DNA of 49,168 nt from an uncultured Ruminococcus sp. (GCA_902797125.1 CADBRS010000182.1:1-49168); one strand, 5' to 3'; numbered from the stretch's first letter, positions 1 through 9,137 are shown. Program-made: numbers and translations. The notes: generated from the letters alone by a model not told the origin.

Positions 1-1
1 G

Positions 2-1093
2 TTGGCACATATGCTGTTGCCTCCCGGCAAAGCCTTGAACGCGGACTCCTTGATCGTTTCATCATCTGAAGTGGCAAATCATCCGATTGCTTTTAATCGG
101 TTCACGTTTGTGGCCGGCAGCCGTCTGTACATCCAAGAACTGATAAAGCAATTCGGAGATCAGATCGAGGGAGATCCTGAGTTGCTCCTTACAACCGAAA
201 ATGCTGTGATTTTGAGCGAATCGATAGCCGGTTCGAGAGCGTTCACGTTTAAACCCGGAGACACTGTCTATGTTGCGCTTCCGCAATATGACTCCCGTAA
301 CAAAATCGTCACAAAAGAAGGCGCATCTGCCGACACGACGATGTTTTTCACAGACCGTGAAATCCTGAATCAGCAGTTGGGCAGATACGAATTCGATTAC
401 ACAGCTCTCACTGTCGTTGCCGTCATACATGATCTTGAAACGGAAAATTACCTGTCAGCAGTCGTCAGCAACGATCTGTATACTCAATTCACCAAATCCT
501 GGCCTATCGCCACCACTTTGGAAATCTATCCCACTTCCGATGCGTCTTTGCCCGATATCGATCAACTGAACCGGAATATCACCTTTGTTCTCAAAGATTA
601 TAACAACTGGTCCAAAACGGCCAACCAGGCCGTGCTGAACCGGCTATTGGCAGGACAGGGCGGCATGACTTACCTGATCCAAATCGTAGCTTTTGCTCTC
701 CTCGTTTTTTCACCGCTGGTCTGGTTCTTCTCGCAGATCCTATTCTTCAACCGGCGCAATTCCGAGTGGGAAATGATGGAAAGCCTAGGTGCAAGACGCA
801 GGCAGATCCGACGCACTCATATTTACAACGGACTGATGACGGCTTTTGTCGCACTAGCCCTCTCATTTGCCTTGGCATACGGGTTGAACTATTTCATTTT
901 CTGGATGGGCCGGACCGTCCTTCCGTCCTGGGGATTCACAGAAAGGTTCGGATATACATTCGATCTTCCGCTCTGGCAGGTCCTCTTCTGCGCAGGTCTC
1001 TCTGTCTTATGCGGGTTCCTGTCGGCCTTTATCCCGTACTTGAAATACAGACACAAGCAGACGCTTTTATCCAATCATCGACTGGAGGAGTAA
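2..1093 (+). CDS. FtsX/MacB-type ABC transporter permease, 5' end cut by window edge
   Basis: The ORF is open to the window edge. A soluble N-terminal part is followed by C-terminal hydrophobic helices (LIQIVAFALLVFSPLVWFF, LMTAFVALALSFALAYGL, VLFCAGLSVLCGFLSAFIPYL), as in FtsX-fold permeases. A MacB/LolD-type ATPase gene follows after a few nt. Confidence 0.7.
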   Translation: MAHMLLPPGKALNADSLIVSSSEVANHPIAFNRFTFVAGSRLYIQELIKQFGDQIEGDPELLLTTENAVILSESIAGSRAFTFKPGDTVYVALPQYDSRNKIVTKEGASADTTMFFTDREILNQQLGRYEFDYTALTVVAVIHDLETENYLSAVVSNDLYTQFTKSWPIATTLEIYPTSDASLPDIDQLNRNITFVLKDYNNWSKTANQAVLNRLLAGQGGMTYLIQIVAFALLVFSPLVWFFSQILFFNRRNSEWEMMESLGARRRQIRRTHIYNGLMTAFVALALSFALAYGLNYFIFWMGRTVLPSWGFTERFGYTFDLPLWQVLFCAGLSVLCGFLSAFIPYLKYRHKQTLLSNHRLEE

Positions 1094-1096
1094 CTT

Positions 1097-1795
1097 ATGG
1101 CAATCAACAGTGATCGCATCATTCTTGAAACCGTTGATGTCGTCAAGCAATATCAGCAATACGATACAGTGGTCACCGCTGTCAACCGGGCCAAGATCGA
1201 AGTCCGGGAGGGTTCTTTCGTGTCCATCATCGGGCCGTCCGGATCCGGCAAGAGCACTTTTTTGCATATCTGCGCAGGGCTTGACAGGCCAAATGCCGGT
1301 TCGGTCGTTATCCGCGGGCACGATATCACGAAAATGAAGCCCGACCAGTTGGCGCGCTTCCGAGGTGAGCAGTTGGGTATGATTTTCCAAAGTCATAATC
1401 TGCTTCCGCAGTTTACGGCGTTGGAAAATATCCTGATCCCGACGATGCTCTCCAGAAAAGAAGAGATATCGTATGCAGAGCACCTCTCAAAATTGGTCGA
1501 CGCACTCGGATTGCGGGACAGACTGAATCATTTGCCCAGTGAATTGTCCGGGGGACAGCAGCAGCGTGTTGCCATCGCCCGCGCCCTGATCAATCTGCCT
1601 CAGATCGTATTTGCGGATGAGCCCACAGGCAACCTGGACAGAGCCAACGCAGACGAAGTCATGGAGCTGCTCCTTCGTTTGAGAGAGGAGATCGGGATGA
1701 CGCTGGTCATGGTCACGCACGACGAAACACTGGCCGCTCAGGCAGATGTCAGATACAAAATGTTCGACGGCGAATTGTCTCCGATAATGGCTTAA
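1097..1795 (+). CDS. ABC transporter ATP-binding protein (MacB/LolD-like)
   Basis: Walker A GPSGSGKST, Q-loop MIFQSH, signature LSGGQQQRVAIARAL, Walker B IVFADEPTGNLD, H-loop MVTHD. Confidence 0.9.
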   Translation: MAINSDRIILETVDVVKQYQQYDTVVTAVNRAKIEVREGSFVSIIGPSGSGKSTFLHICAGLDRPNAGSVVIRGHDITKMKPDQLARFRGEQLGMIFQSHNLLPQFTALENILIPTMLSRKEEISYAEHLSKLVDALGLRDRLNHLPSELSGGQQQRVAIARALINLPQIVFADEPTGNLDRANADEVMELLLRLREEIGMTLVMVTHDETLAAQADVRYKMFDGELSPIMA

Positions 1796-1831
1796 CCGTT
1801 TCGAACGGATTCAAGAGAGAGGAAATCAATC

Positions 1832-2968
1832 ATGGACTTTGAAAAGATAACTCAGTTTCAGGACTCGTTATACAAATGCGGCATCCCGGGCAACGACATC
1901 ATTGTGACCTGGAAAGGAAAAACCGTTTACCGCCATTGTGCAGGCTTCGCAGATGCGGCCCAGAAAAAGCCTCTGGCTCCGAAAGCGGTATACCGGCTCT
2001 ATTCAGCATCCAAGATCTTTACATGCACTTGTGCTATGCGCCTTGTGGAAGAGGGAAAGCTTTCCCTGGAAGACCCGGTCTCAAAATATCTCCCGGAATA
2101 TGCCAACATCAAGAAATTTGACTCCAAAGGGAATTTGGTTCCCTGCACGGAAACGCTCCGCGTGATCCATCTGTTTACGATGACCGGCGGCATGGATTAC
2201 AACACAGGACACGAAACGATTGTCCGTGCGGCAGCCCAACCCAATGCAGGCACCGTCAGCGTTATGAGGGCAATGGCCGAAAAGCCCCTCTTGTTCGAAC
2301 CGGGTTCTCACTTCAGATATAGTCTTTGTCACGACGTCCTGGGGGCTGTCATTGAAGTCGCTTCTGGCATGCGCTTGGGCGAATACATGAAAAAAGTCAT
2401 TTTTGATCCGCTGGATATGAGTGACATGGGTTTCCAGACCACTGAAGAGCAAAACGCCCGTTTTTGCGATCTGTTTGCATTTGTGCCAGGAACCGGAACT
2501 AATGTTCAGATCCCCAATGTCAATGATCCGCTCTGCCCGGGTTTTGAAAGCGGTGGCGGAGGTCTCATCGGGACAGTGGACGACTACATCAAACTGCTGA
2601 CCGCGTTGTCTCTAGGCGGCACTTTAAACGGATACAGACTGCTGAAGCCGGAAACGATCGCCCAGATGGAAGTCAACAGACTGGGGGCTGATGCGCACAA
2701 CGATTTTGTCGGACAGTTGAGCCGTTTGTTCGGATACGGTTGGGGGTTATGCGGCAGAGCCCATATGAATCCCGACTATTCATTCGGACGCACCTCCGTC
2801 GGTGAGTTCGGATGGGACAGCGCGACCGGAATGTACGCATTGGTCGACAGAAAAAATGAACTGGCCCTGTTCTACAGCATGCACTTGCTCAGCTGCAATT
2901 TTGCATATCATATCCTGCATCCGATGATCCGCGACATGGTCTGCGAAGCATTGGATATCAACGGTTGA
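1832..2968 (+). CDS. serine hydrolase, beta-lactamase/transpeptidase-like family
   Basis: SxxK motif (YSASKIFT) about 60 aa from the N-terminus. Size (378 aa) and overall pattern fit class-C beta-lactamase-related esterases. GAGG RBS 9 nt upstream. Confidence 0.75.
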   Translation: MDFEKITQFQDSLYKCGIPGNDIIVTWKGKTVYRHCAGFADAAQKKPLAPKAVYRLYSASKIFTCTCAMRLVEEGKLSLEDPVSKYLPEYANIKKFDSKGNLVPCTETLRVIHLFTMTGGMDYNTGHETIVRAAAQPNAGTVSVMRAMAEKPLLFEPGSHFRYSLCHDVLGAVIEVASGMRLGEYMKKVIFDPLDMSDMGFQTTEEQNARFCDLFAFVPGTGTNVQIPNVNDPLCPGFESGGGGLIGTVDDYIKLLTALSLGGTLNGYRLLKPETIAQMEVNRLGADAHNDFVGQLSRLFGYGWGLCGRAHMNPDYSFGRTSVGEFGWDSATGMYALVDRKNELALFYSMHLLSCNFAYHILHPMIRDMVCEALDING

Positions 2969-2980
2969 GACAACCAAAAA

Positions 2981-3009
2981 GCCCGGGACGCTTCCCGGGC
3001 ACTTTTTTT
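2981..3009. terminator. bidirectional intrinsic terminator between the serine hydrolase and the LexA-like gene
   Basis: Hairpin GCCCGGGA-CGC-TTCCCGGGC, flanked by AAAAA upstream and TTTTTTT downstream. Confidence 0.75.
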
Positions 3010-3055
3010 GAACCACTGAATCGACACTGAGGAACGTCCGATCCGGTTCTATTAT

Positions 3056-3712
3056 TTACAAAAAGCTTCTGATGACGGCAATGACTTTGCCAAGCATATC
3101 GGGTTCGCTCTGCCAAGCTGAATCGCCGGCCTGGCCGTATGCTTTCAACTGAACACCGCCTCGAATCTTTCTGTACTCTCTGACTGTTAATTTGTTGTCA
3201 ATCTCGACCACGACCAGATCGCCTGTTTTGATCGTGACGTTTCTGGCGGCAACCACAAAATCTCCGGCGAAAATCTTGATTTTCACCATGCTGTCATCTG
3301 CCATTCTGAGGGCAGTCAGTGTGGATTGTGGGAGAGGGGAATGCAGTGAAAGATAAGGAGCAAACTCCCCTGTCTGGATCAGATTTCCGTCCTCATCCAG
3401 ATCCAATACCGGAACGCCCTGCGACAGTGACATCACGCTGTCTTCAACTGCATTCTGTCCTTCCGGAATAATGGTAATGGATCGGCTGGCGCCTTTGTTT
3501 CGGGAAATATAACCTTTCTCCTCGAGTTTGTTTAAATGGCAGGCAACGGGACAAGTCGATTTATAATGCATGATCTCGACGATTTCGCGAATGGATGGCG
3601 CATAATGCTTTTCCTCTGTAAAGGCGGTCAGAACTGTAAGAAGCGCCTCCTCCTTTACGGTCAGGGGTGCCCTTTCGACACGCCTTTCCTCAATATACAT
3701 TTCTATGGCCAT
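3056..3712 (-). CDS. LexA-family repressor paralog (winged HTH + S24 peptidase fold) with degenerate self-cleavage residues
   Basis: The N-terminus (LTVKEEALLTVL...SIREIVEIM...HLNKLEEKGYISRNKGASRSITII) matches the LexA DNA-binding domain. The C-terminus aligns without gaps to E. coli LexA around the Ser motif (DDSM) and the Lys motif. I chose the start at the ATG with a CAGGAGG RBS (3712) rather than the longest ORF (3736). Confidence 0.75.
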   Translation of the reverse strand: MAIEMYIEERRVERAPLTVKEEALLTVLTAFTEEKHYAPSIREIVEIMHYKSTCPVACHLNKLEEKGYISRNKGASRSITIIPEGQNAVEDSVMSLSQGVPVLDLDEDGNLIQTGEFAPYLSLHSPLPQSTLTALRMADDSMVKIKIFAGDFVVAARNVTIKTGDLVVVEIDNKLTVREYRKIRGGVQLKAYGQAGDSAWQSEPDMLGKVIAVIRSFL

Positions 3713-3748
3713 AGCCGCCTCCTGTTGCCTTCCCAACGTCTTAAGGGA

Positions 3749-5266
3749 TCAGGCTCCGTTATCTACGAATCTATCCAAAGCTTCTGTCAAAGCTTCCAAT
3801 TCGGTTTCCCAAACCGATCTGTTTGATTTGAATGCAGACGCCAAACTCTTGCTGCTCTTGTTCATGTTCCGATACATGAACCAGGTGATGTCACCAATGT
3901 TATCTCCCCAGATAAACGCGAAGTCCGCGTGGATCGTATCATGAATGATATCGATCATTTTTCCGGATTCCTCGTCTCTGGAGTATTTGAACTTCAGTGA
4001 GTAATCATAGTATGCAGGGAGCACGCTCTGGGCACTCATGGATGCCATTGCTTCGAGGGTGGCTGCGATCGCATCGTATTTTGCATGGCTGGCTGTTGTC
4101 GGGATTCCGTAAATGCCGACGCCGTCCTGAAGCATATTGTAGTAATCATCCTGAACGTCATCCATCATCGGCATGGGAATGACCATATAGTCAGACGTCA
4201 TGCTTCTGATCTCTTCTTTCTGAAGATCGCGCATATTCATATTCCAGAACATGAGCCGATCCTGAGCGAACATGTCTTTGGAAACATCATCATATTCATT
4301 CAGAGGAAGCATGAGCGTCACGTTTTCTCTGTCAAAGAACAGTTCGTGCAAAACATAGTAGATATCTTCGGTTTCAGGGCTGTCAAGGGTGATTTCGATA
4401 TCGCCGTCCTCGTTGACCTGGCTGTATTGAACGCCGCATGCCGTTGCCATGGCCATGATGAAATGGCCATCCTGCATCGCAAATCCCCAGAGATCGTCCC
4501 GGTCTTTGGTGCCGTCACCGTTCAAGTCTGTCGTGACACCTGCAGCAAAATCGCCCAGCAACTCGATGGTCCATTCCTTGTCACGAACGATCTGATAGAT
4601 GTTTTGATCACTGTAAAAATCGTTCCAGAGTTTGCTGTTGACCAGAAAAGCATATGAAAAAGACGTATATGTCAAGGAAATATCACCGGTCGCCCAGAAA
4701 TTGATCCCCTTGTATGACATGGCTTTCATGTATTCTGATCCCCAATAGGACTGTGAAAAATCCAAATAGTTCAGGTTGCTGAGGTTGATCATGTAACCGT
4801 TTTGCGCCATGCCTATGTCGTATGAGCAGTAACCTATCACGACATCATAATCATCTGATCCTGAACTGACTGCCAAAGCAACCGTTGCAGGCATTTCATG
4901 ATATCCGGCTTCGGGTAGCAACTCAATAATTATGTTCAGTCTTTCAGACAAGGCGCCATTCCTGTCCATGATCGCAGCCTGAACGTTATCTCCCGTTGCC
5001 TCATCGCCCATGGAAACGGAATTCCCGTGAGAGGTGGTCACCGGTAGGAACCGGATCTCTGTCTCATTAAAATCCATGGTTTTGGGAAGATTGTCCAGAT
5101 AACTTTCTTCCGTTTCGGTCTCTTCGGGGGTTGTTTCTTTGTCCCCGGTTCCCTGCTTCGTTTCCTGATCTTTGCCATCGGACGAAGTCGAACCGCAGCC
5201 GACAAAAATTCCAATGATCATCAATAATGCCAAAATCAGGCAAACCCAACGGCTCATTGCTTTCAT
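3749..5266 (-). CDS. extracellular solute-binding lipoprotein (large sugar-type ABC SBP), orphan
   Basis: Signal peptide plus lipobox (LLMIIGIFVG-C-GS), then a Thr/Glu-rich linker. The ~500-aa body resembles the large family-1 sugar-binding proteins of Clostridia. No permease or ATPase genes are adjacent. Confidence 0.6.
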   Translation of the reverse strand: MKAMSRWVCLILALLMIIGIFVGCGSTSSDGKDQETKQGTGDKETTPEETETEESYLDNLPKTMDFNETEIRFLPVTTSHGNSVSMGDEATGDNVQAAIMDRNGALSERLNIIIELLPEAGYHEMPATVALAVSSGSDDYDVVIGYCSYDIGMAQNGYMINLSNLNYLDFSQSYWGSEYMKAMSYKGINFWATGDISLTYTSFSYAFLVNSKLWNDFYSDQNIYQIVRDKEWTIELLGDFAAGVTTDLNGDGTKDRDDLWGFAMQDGHFIMAMATACGVQYSQVNEDGDIEITLDSPETEDIYYVLHELFFDRENVTLMLPLNEYDDVSKDMFAQDRLMFWNMNMRDLQKEEIRSMTSDYMVIPMPMMDDVQDDYYNMLQDGVGIYGIPTTASHAKYDAIAATLEAMASMSAQSVLPAYYDYSLKFKYSRDEESGKMIDIIHDTIHADFAFIWGDNIGDITWFMYRNMNKSSKSLASAFKSNRSVWETELEALTEALDRFVDNGA

Positions 5267-5349
5267 TTCAATCCTGAGCAGAACATGTCTGCTCTTCTCC
5301 TTTCCTGTTATGATTTTTGCTCAAACGCAAGAACACTTTTTCTATATTC

Positions 5350-5378
5350 ATTATACATATCGACAGAAGAGATGTCAA
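5350..5378 (-). promoter_or_regulatory. sigma-A type promoter for the SBP/LexA-like unit
   Basis: On the minus strand, TTGACA (5378-5373), a 17-nt spacer, then TATAAT (5355-5350). Confidence 0.7.
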
Positions 5379-5444
5379 CCGAATTTTTCGGCTTTCGCTT
5401 TGCCTTAACGTTTGCCTGTTGCCACTGAAAAGACACCGTAGGAG

Positions 5445-5480
5445 CCAAAACAGCACGGAGCAGAAACCCGCGCCGTGCTG
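5445..5480 (-). terminator. intrinsic terminator after pckA
   Basis: Minus-strand hairpin CAGCACGG...CCGTGCTG (8 bp, 14-nt loop) followed by TTTTGG, about 20 nt after the pckA stop. Confidence 0.55.
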
Positions 5481-5502
5481 TGGAAGACTGTTGAAGATGA
5501 AA

Positions 5503-7122
5503 TCAGAGCTGAGGCCCTGCTGCGACGAGCGCCTTTCCGGCCTCGTTGCTTTCGTATTTGACGAAATTCTTGATGAATCTGCCTGCCAGATCTTTCGCTT
5601 TTTCGTCCCATACGGACGGATCCGAATAGGTGTCACGAGGATCCAGGATAGCCGGGTCCACACCTCCGAGAGAAGTCGGAACTTCAAAATTGAAATACGG
5701 GATCTTCTTCGTGGATGCCTTCAGGATGTCTCCGTTCAGGATCGCATCGATGATGCCTCTCGTATCCTTGATGGAGATGCGCTTGCCGGTTCCGTTCCAT
5801 CCGGTGTTGACCAGGTAGGCTTTGGCTCCGCTCTTTTCCATCTTACGGACCAGTTCTTCGGCATATTTTGTCGGGTGGAGTTCCAGGAATGCCTGACCGA
5901 AGCATGCCGAGAAAGTCGGAGTCGGTTCAGTGATGCCGCGTTCGGTTCCGGCCAGTTTGGCTGTAAATCCGGACAGGAAATAGTATTTGGTCTGCTCCGG
6001 TGTCAGGATCGAAACGGGAGGCAGGACGCCGAATGCATCCGCAGACAGGAAGATCACGTTTTGGGCATCCGGTCCGGAAGACACGGGACGGACGTTTTTC
6101 ACGTTCTTTTCGATATGCTCGATCGGATAGGACACACGGGTATTCTCGGTGACGCTCTTGTCTGCGAAATCGATCTTCCCGGAGGCATCGACCGTCACAT
6201 TTTCAAGCAGTGCGTTGCGACGGATGGCATTGTAGATATCAGGCTCGGAATCTTTGTCCAGATTGATGACTTTTGCATAGCAACCGCCTTCGAAATTGAA
6301 AACGCCGTTGTCATCCCATCCGTGTTCGTCATCACCGATCAGCAACCGCTTCGGATCGGTGGAAAGTGTGGTCTTCCCTGTTCCGGACAAGCCGAAGAAG
6401 ATCGCGGTGTTCTCGCCCTTCATATCGGTATTGGCGGAACAGTGCATGGAAGCGATCCCTTTAAGCGGCAGATAGTAGTTCATCATAGAGAACATGCCTT
6501 TTTTCATCTCGCCGCCGTACCAAGTGTTGATGATGACCTGCTCCCGGCTTGTCACGTTGAAGGCGACGACCGTCTCGGAATTCAATCCCAGTTCGCGGTA
6601 GTTTTCGCATTTTGCCTTGGATGCGGTATAGACGACGAAATCGGGCTCGAAAGAAGCCAGTTCGGCTTCAGTCGGCTTGATGAACATATTTTCAACGAAA
6701 TGTGCCTGCCAAGCCACTTCCATGATAAAGCGGATGGCCATTCTCGTATCTTTGTTCGCGCCGCAGAACGCATCGACCACATAAAGATTCTTGTTGCTCA
6801 GCTGATCGCGGGCGAGCTTTCTGACGATCTCCCAGGTCTTTTCGGTCATGGGATGGTTGTCGTTTTTGTAGCCTTCTGTCGTCCACCAGACCGTGTCTTT
6901 CGACTGATCGTCCATGACGATATATTTGTCTTTTGGAGAACGTCCGGTATAAATGCCTGTCATGACATTGACGGCGTCCAGTTCGGTCAGGACACCCTTG
7001 TCATATCCTTCCAGAGAAGGATTCATCTCGTCCTTGAACAGTTGTTCGTAGGACGGATTGCGGACGATTCCGGTCGTACCGGAAATCCCATACTTCTGGA
7101 GATTCAGTTCACATTTTTTCAT
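5503..7122 (-). CDS. pckA: phosphoenolpyruvate carboxykinase (ATP)
   Basis: 539 aa with kinase-1a motif [13 protein letters not shown]. The N-terminal NPSYEQLF and TGRSPKDKY motifs are typical of ATP-dependent PEPCK. GGAGGC RBS. Confidence 0.95.
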   Translation of the reverse strand: MKKCELNLQKYGISGTTGIVRNPSYEQLFKDEMNPSLEGYDKGVLTELDAVNVMTGIYTGRSPKDKYIVMDDQSKDTVWWTTEGYKNDNHPMTEKTWEIVRKLARDQLSNKNLYVVDAFCGANKDTRMAIRFIMEVAWQAHFVENMFIKPTEAELASFEPDFVVYTASKAKCENYRELGLNSETVVAFNVTSREQVIINTWYGGEMKKGMFSMMNYYLPLKGIASMHCSANTDMKGENTAIFFGLSGTGKTTLSTDPKRLLIGDDEHGWDDNGVFNFEGGCYAKVINLDKDSEPDIYNAIRRNALLENVTVDASGKIDFADKSVTENTRVSYPIEHIEKNVKNVRPVSSGPDAQNVIFLSADAFGVLPPVSILTPEQTKYYFLSGFTAKLAGTERGITEPTPTFSACFGQAFLELHPTKYAEELVRKMEKSGAKAYLVNTGWNGTGKRISIKDTRGIIDAILNGDILKASTKKIPYFNFEVPTSLGGVDPAILDPRDTYSDPSVWDEKAKDLAGRFIKNFVKYESNEAGKALVAAGPQL

Positions 7123-7162
7123 TTCAAAAAAGCCTCCGAAGGTCTTTCATTTTTCGGAACAT

Positions 7163-7192
7163 ATTTTATCACACTAAATATATTACTGTCAA
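7163..7192 (-). promoter_or_regulatory. sigma-A type promoter for pckA
   Basis: On the minus strand, TTGACA (7192-7187), an 18-nt spacer, then an extended -10 TGATAAAAT (TAAAAT at 7168-7163). Confidence 0.65.
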
Positions 7193-7243
7193 TCAGTAGC
7201 CAGCTGATTTGAAGTAATCTGGCAGGTGATTTTCCTCTATTTT

Positions 7244-7257
7244 TGTGACCGATTTCA
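7244..7257 (-). promoter_or_regulatory. candidate catabolite-responsive element (cre, CcpA site)
   Basis: The minus-strand sequence TGAAATCGGTCACA fits every specified position of the cre consensus TGWAANCGNTNWCA. It lies about 50 nt upstream of the pckA -35. Confidence 0.4.
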
Positions 7258-7274
7258 TAGACCCTTGTGCATAT

Positions 7275-7322
7275 AAAAAGGGGACCGACCGCCTTGACAC
7301 ATCGATCAAGGCAGTGTTCCCT
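7275..7322 (-). terminator. intrinsic terminator after the lipoprotein gene
   Basis: Minus-strand imperfect long hairpin with core GCCTTGA-N8-TCAAGGC and G/C-rich outer arms, followed by TTTTT. Confidence 0.5.
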
Positions 7323-7336
7323 TTTCCGTATTAATA

Positions 7337-8911
7337 TCACTGACCCATCAGGCTTCTGACTTCCGGTCCGATGCCCGAATGGTTCATCAATGCCCCGATG
7401 AGTTTCATCATCCCTTCCATGCTGTCACCGGGGATGATCGTTGCCTGCTCTGGTAAGATCAGGCGTTCAGAACCTTCCATCCGGTCATCCTGTTTGAGAA
7501 ACAACTCAAAAATCGTCTGGTCGTTCTTGGAGACAATGATGTCATATGATCTCTCAGCCTCATCAGGAACGCCCGACAGGTCGGGGCCCGCCTTCTGCTT
7601 CCCGTTGCTCATTAACGTGATTTGGATCTCAACTTGCGGCAACGGCTTGCCCGGATAGACCTGGATTTCCATATTCAACGATTCAATTTTTGAAATGGTT
7701 TCCTCTTCGACCGTTCGCGCTTCCACGGTGACCGAAGCGGCCAGCCCGTCCGTCACCTCAATCTGTGACGGTCCGACCGCCAGAGCCCATTCGTGGATGA
7801 CATCCCCGTCGTGAAGTGACACCTCAAATGCCACCGAAGGATTGTTTTGTGTCGGGAGAAGCAAGCGGAAACTGTTGTTTGAGAGATCGTCAGACAAGAT
7901 GATGCCGACCAGCCGTTTTTCCGCGAACAGGAGTGAAAATGTCTGATCGATATGAACTTCCGTTTCCAAGTCTGAGGCAACCAGTTCCCATAAGTGAGTC
8001 AGAGACAAACTGACCTTTTTCACCGTCAGTTCTTCCCCGCGAATGGTGATCGTCTCCTCGCTAATTCTGATGGCCTCATTTTCAGAAGAATCCTGGAAAG
8101 ACAGCAACCATTGTGCAACGCGCGTATAAAGGGCCCGGATCTGCTCGCCGACCGGCTTGGCAAAATCGATTGCTCCGATCTTTTTCAGCAACTCCGGCAA
8201 CGACTCCAAAAGTTTTGCCGCATTTTCCGCATCGATTTCGGCTAAAGATGAAAAATCGTTTAGATCGATCCCGGTATCCGGCAGACCTTTGACGAGGAAG
8301 AAGCCCAGAAAAGCCAGCAGCGTCGTTCCATCCAGACCCATTTCCGTAAAGACGGATTGACCGTCTTCCCCGACCGAATAGTCACAATATGCATCTGACA
8401 CAGGGTAATAGATGTAAATCGAACCGTCGTGTGAAGCCAGCAAAGATGCGCTGATTTTTCCCGGAGTTCCGGAGTCTAGCAAATCCACCGTCAACCCTGT
8501 TCCCAATTCTCCTGACATTTGAACATCTAAGTTGTAATCCGGAACACGGGCCAGGATCTGACCGGCATAATGCACATCCAGAAGAGACCTGAGATCGTCA
8601 AAAAATGTGGTCTCCCATTGGATGTTTTTAATCGTATCCAGAAGCGATCCTAGCGAAGAGGCAAGTTTCTGCACGCCCGGTCTGTCTGTCAGGTCGCCGA
8701 AAGGAGAAACAAACTTGGGATAATCCGGGACCGAACTGTCTTCAGTCTCAGTTCCCCTTTCTCCGGTTTCTGCCGGTTCTCCCGTTTCAGCCGGGCTTTC
8801 CGTGTTGTTTGTTTGAGATTCCCTCTCTTCAGGAGTGTTTTCATTCCCGCAAGCAGGCAGAAAACACCCGACCAAAGCAAGGCAAATCAATAAAGCAATG
8901 ACTCTTTTCAT
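7337..8911 (-). CDS. hypothetical lipoprotein, no recognisable domain
   Basis: Start taken at MKRVIALLICLALVGCFLPA-C-GNE (signal peptide + lipobox). An acidic Glu/Thr-rich linker follows, then a ~450-aa body with no motif I recognise. The gene has its own promoter and terminator. Confidence 0.6.
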   Translation of the reverse strand: MKRVIALLICLALVGCFLPACGNENTPEERESQTNNTESPAETGEPAETGERGTETEDSSVPDYPKFVSPFGDLTDRPGVQKLASSLGSLLDTIKNIQWETTFFDDLRSLLDVHYAGQILARVPDYNLDVQMSGELGTGLTVDLLDSGTPGKISASLLASHDGSIYIYYPVSDAYCDYSVGEDGQSVFTEMGLDGTTLLAFLGFFLVKGLPDTGIDLNDFSSLAEIDAENAAKLLESLPELLKKIGAIDFAKPVGEQIRALYTRVAQWLLSFQDSSENEAIRISEETITIRGEELTVKKVSLSLTHLWELVASDLETEVHIDQTFSLLFAEKRLVGIILSDDLSNNSFRLLLPTQNNPSVAFEVSLHDGDVIHEWALAVGPSQIEVTDGLAASVTVEARTVEEETISKIESLNMEIQVYPGKPLPQVEIQITLMSNGKQKAGPDLSGVPDEAERSYDIIVSKNDQTIFELFLKQDDRMEGSERLILPEQATIIPGDSMEGMMKLIGALMNHSGIGPEVRSLMGQ

Positions 8912-8983
8912 TTCCAATCTATCTCCAAACCGCTGAACCTGTTTTTTCCGGCAACGGAGCAATTCCGTCCTTGTCCAGATTCC

Positions 8984-9012
8984 ATTATAGCAACAGCCCC
9001 AGCAATTGTCAA
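8984..9012 (-). promoter_or_regulatory. sigma-A type promoter for the lipoprotein gene
   Basis: On the minus strand, TTGACA (9012-9007), a 17-nt spacer, then TATAAT (8989-8984). Confidence 0.7.
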
Positions 9013-9108
9013 ACCTGTATCAACTATCGAGCGACGGACGAATCTGGCCTGTCTGCCCATAGGCCCGGAAAAAACCTTTTGGCGGTCGAGTAAAAAGGAT
9101 TTGGGGGC

Positions 9109-9137
9109 TTGACTTGAAACCGGACTCAAACTATAAT
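9109..9137 (+). promoter_or_regulatory. sigma-A type promoter for the PfkB kinase gene
   Basis: TTGACT (9109-9114), a 17-nt spacer, then TATAAT (9132-9137). AAGGAG RBS before the ATG at 9170. Confidence 0.7.

Noticed and set aside
5275-5293. Inverted repeat GAGCAGAACATGTCTGCTC considered as an SOS (LexA) box, given the LexA-like gene downstream.
   Set aside because: Only one half resembles the Firmicute box (GAAC-N4-GTTC); the other half is CTGC. I kept it only as part of the uORF/hairpin observation.
5317-7212. A 631-aa ORF on the plus strand covering all of pckA, longer than pckA itself.
   Set aside because: It is exactly in codon register with pckA on the opposite strand (both start coordinates are 1 mod 3). 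Its stops would require TTA, CTA or TCA codons in pckA, and a highly expressed, codon-biased gene avoids these. The product is low-complexity with no motif, RBS or promoter. It is a codon-bias artefact.
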